Origin: a virus
Lineage: Duplodnaviria > Caudoviricetes
DNA: 64,000 nucleotides
IMG/VR virus record: IMGVR_UViG_2839242338_000001
Coordinates: 1 to 64,000 of that record
Direction: 5' to 3' (one strand)
Made by a program: the position numbers and the translations under genes. Of this stretch, positions 11,522 to 20,610 are shown piece after piece; within the stretch, counting starts at the first letter, position 1; every line of letters starts with the position of its first letter. Below the pieces are notes generated by a model. That model was given only the letters and a program-made list of their open reading frames with translations. It made no database searches and was not told the origin of the DNA.

Positions 11522-11742
11522 TCATTTGACTTGGTATGGCATAGGGCACTCTGGCTCTGTAGCCGATCTCGGATCAACATCAACGTCTTAATACTCGTCT
11601 TGTTTCCTGTTAAAGCGTTCTTCATCGCTAAATCCACGCAGTGGCGCAGGTTGCATGTCTTCGCCCAGCGGGAAATAACAAAGGGTGTTTCGGGCAGTTC
11701 TCGGAATTTGAAGTAATTCAGTAGGTCGTTGAGGTCATTCAT
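11509..11742 (-). CDS. Small hypothetical protein (DUF6965-like), paralog of 4874-5089
   Basis: Direct protein similarity and similar upstream sequence. Confidence 0.7.
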   Translation of the reverse strand: MNDLNDLLNYFKFRELPETPFVISRWAKTCNLRHCVDLAMKNALTGNKTSIKTLMLIRDRLQSQSALCHTKSNEALT

Positions 11743-11890
11743 GTAAACTAATATACGTTTACACTCAATCGCTGTTTTGAACTAGTGCATTTATCTTCTC
11801 AACGGCAGTTAATCAGGGAGCTACCCGGTAGTAGTGAGACAAAAAGGCTATACGATCGATCGTATAGCCGGAAGCTTACCCTAAGTGATT

Positions 11891-12274
11891 TCAATCCTTC
11901 CTATACACGATATAGGAAGATCCCTTGTAGTCGTGTCGGTTAGCGAGGATGGTAGGTTGTACAAAGTCGGATACCCAATGCACGCCATCATAAATCGCAA
12001 CGTGTCCGTGTGGATGTCCTGACACCTTCGGGAAAACAACCACGTCGCCAGCAACCCAGGAGCCTTCCTTTAGCGGCCCCTTATCCTGAAATCCTGCCAT
12101 TAACAGTGATGGGCCATAGTCTTTGGCATCTTGTGAGGCGGGAGGGATAATGTGAATGCCAGCAGCATGCAACGCTGCGTGTACATGCGAGGCACAAGCG
12201 CCTTCGCCATACTGTTTTTTACTAATAGAGCCGTTAATCTTAATAACGGCAGTGCCGACTGCCCAAGATGCCAT
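11891..12274 (-). CDS. CHAP/NlpC-P60 peptidoglycan amidase (Tae-like)
   Basis: GACASHV (Cys), AKDYG, GDVVVF, HPHGHVAIYDG (His), WVSDF; no signal peptide. Confidence 0.8.
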   Translation of the reverse strand: MASWAVGTAVIKINGSISKKQYGEGACASHVHAALHAAGIHIIPPASQDAKDYGPSLLMAGFQDKGPLKEGSWVAGDVVVFPKVSGHPHGHVAIYDGVHWVSDFVQPTILANRHDYKGSSYIVYRKD

Positions 12275-12345
12275 ACTATAAGGTGGTGTAGAGTTAAGGC
12301 TATATAAGGCAGGGCCAGATTAAATATACTGACTAACAAGCAACT

Positions 12346-12540
12346 AGACTGAATCGCCCTCCTTAACATTCTTCACCCGCTCCGGTGAAACATTCTTTTC
12401 TTATCCCTTCCCATCGAGCTTGATTGAGATACGTCCCGATTCAGTCCAGCGAAGCACCAAACTTTTCTGTGTACCTCGGTAGTACCATTAGTGCGAACTT
12501 CAACGCTGACTCGATCACCCGGTGAAATGACAAGATTCAT
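12346..12540 (-). pseudogene. Degenerate paralog of 5156-5368
   Basis: MNLVISPGDRVSVEVR, a frameshift, then YRGTQK...GRISIKLDGKG*EKNVSPE with an in-frame TAA. Confidence 0.75.
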
Positions 12541-12718
12541 TGTGCTGTCAGGATTTCATTCCAATCAGTTGTATAGCGCTTCAACAAGTACTCCTTTTTC
12601 GTCAACCAATCGGGATTGTAGAGTTGCAAATCAAATACAGCAAACTGTTTATTTGGTAGCTGGTAAACAGCGTGTATATTTCCACTCGATTTTAATAAAA
12701 TAGAAGTAACGTCGAAGC

Positions 12719-13018
12719 ATGTTTAACCCCCAACCGCCAGCTAATTCGCCCCTAGGTGAGTTGATGCTGGCCGAATCAAGATTTGTAGCCCTAACAGCGG
12801 AGTCGGGCAAGCAGCAGATTACGGATGAGTTTACTCAATTAAGAGAATTACTCTGGCAATTGATTGTAGTTGCCCCCGATTCGGCTCCATATGCCCAGTC
12901 CTGGAACCTGATTAACATCCATGCAAAAATTGACCTGATGGATTTTGAGCAGGGGAATCAGGCAGCACTGTCCAAGGTGCAGGAGAAGGTAAAGGGAGCA
13001 GTTCAGATGTTACCCTGA
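12719..13018 (+). CDS. Small helical protein convergent on fibre gene 2; paralog of 16648-16941
   Basis: LRELLWQLIVVAPDSAPYAQSWNLIN...KIDLMDFEQGN vs FRVLLWDVIEVSPDPAPYTHAWHLIN...KVDLLDFQKGN. Confidence 0.8.
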   Translation: MFNPQPPANSPLGELMLAESRFVALTAESGKQQITDEFTQLRELLWQLIVVAPDSAPYAQSWNLINIHAKIDLMDFEQGNQAALSKVQEKVKGAVQMLP

Positions 13019-13145
13019 TGATTTAGCTTTTCGACGCCAGAGCGAGACCATTCTATGTTTGCCCAACTGTAGTGAAAAGCAGTCAAAAGGTAACAGGGAG
13101 AAAAAGTTGTTTTACAACCTGCATTTCCTACACTAGCTACGGAAA

Positions 13146-14723
13146 TTACTTCCGGTTTAAAACCTGCTTTAACAATTGCTCTAGGTCAGCCTGCTTTTGC
13201 TCTAAAGTTTGTAGCTTCTGCTGATCTTGTTGGCGTGCCTTCTCTAATTGAATACTGTACAGAGTCAACTCCTCAACTTTCTCCAACAGGGTAGCATTCA
13301 TTTTCACCAGGTCAACGCCTTCTTTGGCTACTTGCTCAGCCGAGGGCACACCTGGCAAATGCTGATTGGCATTGATGTACTTCTTTACCTCATTGAGTGA
13401 GAGCAATTGATAACCTGGAGTAAATACCTTATCACTCCATTCAGATGGGTTATTGATTCGAAGCCGATAGCGAGCCTTGACCACATCTCCCTGTTCATTA
13501 ACAGTTAGGAACTGGTCTGTAGACTGAGTGGGTTTACTCTGACTGGTAAGATTGGTTAATCGCAATCCACTGGCATTTGCGGACTCGCTGACAACTTCCA
13601 GGCGGACGGTTGGCGCTGAGGTGCCAATACCCACGTTGGCCAGATGGCCTAAGATAACGGCATTGCTCACAGCCACCCTGGAATCAGCACCAATGGCAGT
13701 GCTGTGAAATATCCCTTCGGTGGCCTGACTGTTATAGCCCATCAATACGTTGTCGTCACCAGTTGTAATTGCTGTTCCTGAATTAGGACCGATGATAATG
13801 TTATTGTTTCCCGTGGTTACGTTCAATCCTGCTTGGTAGCCCAAAAATGTGTTATTATTCCCTGTTAGAGAGCCACCTGCCTGATAGCCAACGAGCGTGT
13901 TCCAGGAACCACGTTGATTCGTCGAACCAGCTCCCCAACCGACCAGCGTATTTGCTGCGCCAATCGTATTGCCATAACCGGCTGAATAGCCAAAGAAACT
14001 ATTCGTTGAACCGCTTGTATTGTTGTATCCGGCATAGTTACCTGAAAAGTTATTTCCCGAACCGGTGGCATTGGCATAGCCAGCAAAAGCGCCTACAAAG
14101 GTGTTATTGTCCCCTGAATGCGTATAATAGCCCGCTTTGGAGCCAACGAATACATTGTAAGAGACCGTGTTACTAAAGCCAGCGGAGTCGCCAACCATAA
14201 CATTATTGTGGCCGGTTGTGTTGGAAAAGGAAGTGTAGGAACCGATGGCAACGTTTGCGTAACCGGTGACATTGTGATTACCTGCAACGTAGCCCACAAA
14301 GCTGTTTGAGATACCGCTGGTATTGTAATAACCTGCTGCACTACCCAGGAATGAGTTATTGGCACCTGTGGTATTCATCCCGCCCGCAAACCGGCCTATA
14401 AAGTTATTCGAAGTACCCGTTGTATTGAAGCCACCCGCAGCAGCACCTATGAAGCAGTTCGAGTTGCCGGTGGTATTGCTTAAACCCGCCTGATAGCCCA
14501 TAAAGGTGTTATTTTCACCGTACGTAGTGCTGTAGCCCGCGGCATTGCCCATAAAGCTATTATATCGACCAGTGGTAATGCTAGTACCTGCCTGAGGTCC
14601 TACTAGTGTATTATAGGTGCCAGGCGTATTAAGATTAGCCGTATTGGCTACATAATTGGTTGGTTGAGACCATACATAAACAAAAGGAAATAGACCTAGC
14701 AGTAAGCAATAGAACGATTTCAT
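13146..14723 (-). CDS. Secreted fibre-like repeat protein 2
   Basis: Signal peptide, 14-aa repeats, WSDKVF...HLPGVPSA...LLEKVEELTLY, coiled coil. Confidence 0.85.
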   Translation of the reverse strand: MKSFYCLLLGLFPFVYVWSQPTNYVANTANLNTPGTYNTLVGPQAGTSITTGRYNSFMGNAAGYSTTYGENNTFMGYQAGLSNTTGNSNCFIGAAAGGFNTTGTSNNFIGRFAGGMNTTGANNSFLGSAAGYYNTSGISNSFVGYVAGNHNVTGYANVAIGSYTSFSNTTGHNNVMVGDSAGFSNTVSYNVFVGSKAGYYTHSGDNNTFVGAFAGYANATGSGNNFSGNYAGYNNTSGSTNSFFGYSAGYGNTIGAANTLVGWGAGSTNQRGSWNTLVGYQAGGSLTGNNNTFLGYQAGLNVTTGNNNIIIGPNSGTAITTGDDNVLMGYNSQATEGIFHSTAIGADSRVAVSNAVILGHLANVGIGTSAPTVRLEVVSESANASGLRLTNLTSQSKPTQSTDQFLTVNEQGDVVKARYRLRINNPSEWSDKVFTPGYQLLSLNEVKKYINANQHLPGVPSAEQVAKEGVDLVKMNATLLEKVEELTLYSIQLEKARQQDQQKLQTLEQKQADLEQLLKQVLNRK

Positions 14724-15060
14724 GGTCAGATAATTAACATTTAGAGGCTGAAAAATAGATAGTAAATTTATTAACTAGGTGAATCCATAGACATCGGATA
14801 AATATATGATACTTGCTATAGAATGGAAGTCGGGAACAATTTACATTAACTCCTGCATTGACCAGACTCGCTTTTTTACAATCGAAGATTCAGGCCAATG
14901 GTACTTATGTAGCCGTGTGTGCTGGAATCAATTGAGCAATTATTCTGCGATAAACTGACCACCTTCCAATAGTAAGTTACTCAACTGTTCAATTAGAACG
15001 ACCAGTTGTTAAATTGCTAAAGTCCACAGGGCAATGCCTTCGAAATCTCAAGGATAACAC

Positions 15061-15148
15061 AAAAACGCCAGCCCTAGTAGAGTCAGCGTTTTTTATTCCG
15101 ATTCCGAACCTGGCTACATTTAATTCAGCCGTCTAACATCATTGATCG
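15061..15148 (-). repeat. ~88-bp repeat (gene-end remnant plus terminator-like hairpin), copy 1
   Basis: aaaaacgccagccct..agag.cagcgttt ... aattcag.cg...acatcattgatcg shared with 20433-20518. Confidence 0.75.
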
Positions 15149-15222
15149 CCTGAGCGCTACACCTGGTAAATAATCAACCTGCCTATCAAAGTGGATGTAC
15201 TGGATTTCTTGAAGAGCAAAAC

Positions 15223-15611
15223 TCACTGGCGGTAAACACTGACGGTCTGACGAAGTAATGACCAGCAACGGCGGGAAAGAGGCAAACTTTCCCCTGTATG
15301 AAGATACAATATGGCCTTTTTTGATCTTACCTCGATCCGATTAATAAACTGGCAATTTACCAGATAATGCCGGTGTGAGCGAACAAACCAAGTGGGGGGT
15401 AAACTGGCACTGAGCCGTTTCAGGCAATAGGGGACTAAGCTGCGTTGGCCATCGACCCAATGGAGCCAGGTATAGTTCAGATCGCCTTCCAAATATACTA
15501 AGTCCGCTACGGCTAAGCGTTGAGCGCCCTGGTGATTCTGGTAGACCCGCAGAGGAGGCCAGTTGAGTAGTTCAGTAGGGCCAACAGTTGGTGGTCAATA
15601 TAAAATAGCAT
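15223..15611 (-). CDS. Stand-alone LytTR DNA-binding protein (5' end probably frameshifted)
   Basis: LVYLEGDLNYTWLH...LKRL...FVRSHRHYLVN...LPLSRR; frame is open back to ~15595 and the ATG at 15611 is in a neighbouring frame. Confidence 0.8.
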
Positions 15612-15929
15612 AGCCAGAAGTTTAAAAAGCAGACGCCTACCAAGACAAACCATGTACATGGGTAGCATTAATCTGTCTTCCGCAAATCAGATGCCAGCTA
15701 TTTTTCTTCGACACTCAACTAAATTTTTATGAACGCAACTCTCTGGAATGGTTAAATCAATCTGATTGATTGCTAACCATTGTATTTGTGGCTGGAACGT
15801 GGACTGAGGCATCTAACTAGCCTGTTATCTGTCAACTTTTCTTTCTTTCCACAAGCCCCTGGGAATCCAAGCCCTGTCCCTGTACGTAGTTTATAAGATC
15901 ACTTCATCTCAACGTTACCTACCCGATCT

Positions 15930-16253
15930 ATGTCGCTAACTAGCGAGATTATACAACTCAATAAGTCAATTCAGCAAATGAAACCTGTTATGGGCACCGT
16001 CAGTCTGGAAAAAACCTTCTCTCAACTCCAAAAGCTACTCGACCAGTTACGCCTTACGAATGAAGATAATCCTCGCTATCTGCTAGCGTGGAATCTAGTG
16101 GCTTACTATGCCCAGTCAGACCTAAAAATTCTTAAAGAATCCTTCGCCAACACTAAACTTCATCAATCTTCCACATTGGCAAAGACTACTTATGAAGCGG
16201 CATTCGCCCATTTCATTGAGCAGCTTGATTTGGCAATCTCACTGCTGTCATGA
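15930..16253 (+). CDS. Small helical protein, distant paralog of 12719-13018
   Basis: FSQLQKLLDQL...PRYLLAWNLVAYYAQSDL resembles FTQLRELLWQL...PYAQSWNLINIHAKIDL. Confidence 0.65.
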   Translation: MSLTSEIIQLNKSIQQMKPVMGTVSLEKTFSQLQKLLDQLRLTNEDNPRYLLAWNLVAYYAQSDLKILKESFANTKLHQSSTLAKTTYEAAFAHFIEQLDLAISLLS

Positions 16254-16647
16254 GCACCAATAAGTGACCTGTTTAGCCGTACTAGCCGCTGCCGCAATCT
16301 TGCCCCTGATCATGACTAGTGAACAACCTGCTGAAAAGGAATGAAAAAATACCCGCTAGACTCGGCAGATATCCCCTGTGATTTGAGTACTTCGTTACTT
16401 AATGCTATTGCTGGTTAGACGAAATTCTGGCAGGGCGTCAAAATAATGCCGACTTAATCTGAGTCGGCATTATTACATTCTATCCACACCACCATGTCCT
16501 AAAAAGGAACATGACTAAGGTTAATAAGTAAATGAATAACGATTATACTGGTGGTTTCCATTGAGTACAGCCCAGTCGCCTTACTAACTTTTTTAGTAGT
16601 GCACCAACGACTTACCGTATAATTCCCAACCAGCAGAGGCTTGACGG

Positions 16648-16941
16648 ATGGCCAAATTGCTGCTGGCCGATGATGAAATACAACTCCTGACGCGCGAATC
16701 AGGTGCTTATGAGGTTCCCCAGCAGTTCGAAGAGTTTCGGGTGTTACTATGGGATGTAATTGAAGTGTCTCCCGATCCAGCTCCTTACACACACGCCTGG
16801 CATCTGATCAACTGGTATGGGAAGGTAGACCTTCTGGATTTTCAGAAGGGTAATGATAGTAGCCTATATAGAAAACAGGAGAAAGTAAGAGGAGCAATCC
16901 AGTTGTCCCCCTTATGGATTAATTTTCCGGTACCTAGGTGA
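16648..16941 (+). CDS. Small helical protein convergent on fibre gene 3
   Basis: Paralog of 12719-13018. Confidence 0.75.
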   Translation: MAKLLLADDEIQLLTRESGAYEVPQQFEEFRVLLWDVIEVSPDPAPYTHAWHLINWYGKVDLLDFQKGNDSSLYRKQEKVRGAIQLSPLWINFPVPR

Positions 16942-17186
16942 TACTAACTGCCTCTGCTTGGATTTAATTGTTCTACTTTTTCTACTTAAATTCAGCTTAA
17001 AAGGGGCTTTTTGAACAACGCTCCCTAGGCCTGCTCAGAAGCCCCCCTATACTCCCTTTTTGCAACTTGTCTACAATCACCCCCTATCCTGTGTGGGTAA
17101 AAATTACAAAAAGGCAAAAAATTAGCGCTTCTGATGTGGCCTACACTTCCTACCCGGATGAGAGACCAATAACCCAAATCGAGCAG

Positions 17187-19399
17187 TTATTTTCGGCTTA
17201 AAACCTGTCTCAATAACTGCTCTAATTCGGCCTGCTTCTGCTTCATAGCTTGCAACTCCTGCCGATCCTGTTGGCGCTGTTGCTGTTGCATTTGATTAGC
17301 TTTCTCCAGCTGAATGCTATACAAGGTTAACTCCTCAATCTTCTCCAGCAGTTTTGCGTCCATCTTAGCCACATCAATGCCCTTCTCCACAACTTCAATA
17401 GCACTCGGTATACCCGGCAAATGCTGGTTTTCTTTGATAAACTGAGCTACTTCATGCAGCGGTTGAAGTTGGTAAGTGGGCGCAAAGACTTTATCGGACC
17501 AATCATCAGTATTTTTGATAGCCACCTTCACTTTCTCAGTCAAAATGCCCTTACTTACGAATAGATTGTAGTCGGAGGGAGTCTTATCTATACCACTACC
17601 AATAATTACCCCACCCTCACTATTATTTTGTAAGTAAAGCCCACTGGCCGACCACAACTCCGCCCCGACACGAGCACCCGCCGAGTAGGTGGCCAAGTAG
17701 ACATCCCCACTGGCGTTGACGGTCAGAAACTTGCTGGCCGCACTGGCAGGAACGAACGAAGAGGTCAGGTTGGTCAGCCGCAGCCCGCTGTAACCGGTGG
17801 TGCCCTGGGTGATCTCCAGCTTGTTGCCAGGTGCCGTATTGCCGATGCCCACATTGGCTCCTGCTCCCAGAATCACACTGTTGCTCTGACTAACCTGGGC
17901 CCCGTAGCCGATGGCCGTTGCATTCTGCAAACCCGGATTACTCGCACTCACCCCCGCCCCGGTGCCGATGAAGGTATTCTGGGTGCCGGTGGTGTTCTCC
18001 AGACCCGCATTGGAGCCAATGCTGACGTTGTCGGAGCTGGTGGTTTTAAAACCCGCATTCAGTCCCAGCAGGGTGTTGTTATTGCCCGTGGTGTTGGTAT
18101 AGCCCGCTCCGTTGCCCACAAATGTGTTGTAGACCCCGGTGGTGTTGGCATAGCCGGTGGCGGCTCCCAGGAACAGGTTGAAGCTACCGCTGGTGTTGTA
18201 AAAGCCCGCCCGCTGGCCAAAGAATACGTTGTTCTCTCCGGTGGTGTTGGTATAGCCTGAGTTGAGACCCACGAAAGTATTGAAGCGGGCGGTGGTATTG
18301 GAGTAGCCCGATCCGGCTCCGAAGAATAGGTTTTCGCGTCCGGATGTGTTGGCCTGTCCGGCGTTGCCGCCCACAAACAGGTTGAAGGCACCGCTGGTGT
18401 TGCTCTTACCGGCGTTGACGCCCATAAACGTATTGTCGGTACCGGAAGAGTTGCCCCGTCCGGCAAAATATCCCACAAAAGTGTTGCCACTAGTCGTGGT
18501 GGTATAGCCCGACTGATAACCAACAAATGTATTTTGGTTACCACTACTGCTGTAACCCGAACTTTCTCCGACGAATGTGTTCTGCGTACCGCCTACGTTA
18601 AGAAATCCAGCCGTGTGGCCTAAAAAAGTATTACTGGATCCTCCCTGATTACTGTAGCCTGCGTCGTAACCCATAAACAGGTTAGCACTGCCAATGGTAT
18701 TATTAGTACCAGCTGCAAGCCCCAAAAATGTATTTCGGGAGCCTGTTGTGTTGTCATACCCTGTCTGAGTACCGACAAACGTATTCTGGCCACCTGTAGA
18801 ATTAGTATAGCCAGCTTTTGAGCCAACGAACACATTGCCGCTAACGGTGTTGTTATAGCCTGCTGAGTCGCCAGCAAACAAATTATTATTGCCTAAATTA
18901 TTTTTATAACCAGCATAGTATCCAACAAATACGTTACTGCGTCCACCCCGGCTGTCGTAGCCCGCCGAGTTTCCCAGAAAGGTGTTGGAAACCCCATAAC
19001 CGTTAAGTGATCCGGCAAAGGCCCCACGTACACATTGCTGCTAGTGGTTCCATTCGTACTACCTGCTGCCACGCCCAAAAACGTGTTACTAAAGCCCGTT
19101 GAAGTACCTTCACCAGCATCTTTGCCTACAAATGTATTACCGCTACCGGTAGTATTGGCTGCACCAGCCGATGTGCCAAGAAAAACCCCTGAATAACCAG
19201 TTGTGTTGGCAAAACCAGTTTTATACCCCAGGAACACATTGCTGTTGCCTGTAAGGGTAGCATTGCCTGCCTGATTGCCAATGATGGTATTGTAGATAGA
19301 CGGATTAGTTGAGAGCGGTCCGTTAATGACCAAGTTGGTTTGGCCTGAAGCTAAACCAGTACTCAATAGACCGACAGCGAATAGATACAGCTTTTTCAT
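17187..19399 (-). CDS. Secreted fibre-like repeat protein 3, split by a frameshift near 19020
   Basis: 18893-19399 supplies the signal peptide and first repeats; 17187-18881 supplies the remaining repeats and the WSDKVF...LLEKIEELTLY C-terminus. Confidence 0.85.
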
Positions 19400-19435
19400 G
19401 GGAAATGTGTTTGAAGGTAAAAGTTTATTGATTCT

Positions 19436-19975
19436 TTAATAGCTTAAGTGTGCGGCTTTGATTGCCCACCTGAATCTGATACAGGTACGTTCCCACCGGT
19501 AAGTCAGCCCCCCGACCTGTGTCTGGTGCAGTCCTGCCAGCTCTCCGTCAATGTTGTCAACCTGCTGCAAGATCTGTCCTTTCGCATTTAGTAGCGTGTG
19601 CCGCACCCGCCCATCTGTGGGCAGGTTATAGTCAATGGTGGTTTGGTCGGTGAAGGGGTTGGGATAGGCCCGCACCTGCAAGCCTGGCGCATCGGTTGCG
19701 GATCGACCTGAACTGACGGGGGCAATGGTAGCCCGGAACACGGAGCCTGCCTGGGCCACAAACCCCGGTAGCATCGTGACCGACAGCCCGGCAGTATAGT
19801 GGGCCTTGGCCCCAATGTTCACCTCATTGTTGGCTACGATGGTGGCGACTGCTTTTTGGTCGCTGACGGCCCCTGCCGTAATAGTCTTGCCAATGGACAG
19901 TTGCTGTGGATAGTCTTGAGCCAGCAACACATGTGCCGTAAGCATGAATGAGATGGATAAAATCTGTATTTTCAT
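19436..19975 (-). CDS. Small T9SS type-A sorting domain protein with a coathanger-stack-like N-domain
   Basis: Signal peptide; AGLSVTMLPGFVAQAGSVFRA; AYPNPFTDQTTIDY CTD motif; frameshift at C6 near 19510 restores LPVGTYLYQIQVG...LKLLK. Confidence 0.8.
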   Translation of the reverse strand: MKIQILSISFMLTAHVLLAQDYPQQLSIGKTITAGAVSDQKAVATIVANNEVNIGAKAHYTAGLSVTMLPGFVAQAGSVFRATIAPVSSGRSATDAPGLQVRAYPNPFTDQTTIDYNLPTDGRVRHTLLNAKGQILQQVDNIDGELAGLHQTQVGGLTYRWERTCIRFRWAIKAAHLSY

Positions 19976-20432
19976 TATCTGATTTGGTTTAAGGGTTGAC
20001 TTTAGCTTTTAGTTTGGGTTACTGCCCGTCTTTCACCAATTAGGTTGCCGGGTGCTGAATCTCCGGTATTTGGTACCATTACCGCCAATGGTATCATGAA
20101 TAGTAGTAGGGCCAGCTGAAAACCAGCTCTTTTTATGGAAGAAAGGTAGGGCTGTTCCCAATTATTGTCAATCGGATAAACATATGATATGAGTCGAAAT
20201 TAAACCCTGAACAGGAAACACGGCAGGGAAATAAATGCGGGTTGTTGGCTTTTAAGACATTAATCAACCGTTCCAATTATGGACTGGGCGGTTAGTTTGG
20301 CTTTATCGGTGTAGTCTAATGCTGTTTGAGGTGTTGATTCACGTTGGAAATTACTTTCTGATTTGAGACAAAATCTGTCCAATTGGGGACATGATCTATT
20401 TACATAGATACACACTATCTATTGCGCTAAGC

Positions 20433-20518
20433 AAAAACGCCAGCCCTTTTAGAGCCAGCGTTTGTTAATGCCTCACCACTCGGCTGGCCTCAATTCAGTC
20501 GCCGGACATCATTGATCG
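20433..20518 (-). repeat. ~88-bp repeat, copy 2
   Basis: Matches 15061-15148. Confidence 0.75.
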
Positions 20519-20610
20519 ACGTGACAGAATGGGATTGTTAGAAAAATACGTAGTGCCGTGAGACTAGTTTTGAGTCAGTATCTTTTTGCCTGAAAAAAGC
20601 AGGGTTTATA

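Noticed and set aside
6642-19399. CRISPR array or DGR in the 42-bp-period repeats
   Set aside because: The repeats are degenerate coding repeats without spacers; no cas or reverse transcriptase gene, and no adenine-specific TR/VR pair seen
4629-20518. Integron cassette array
   Set aside because: No attC-like RYYYAAC...GTTRRRY structures or IntI recognised; gene orientations are mixed
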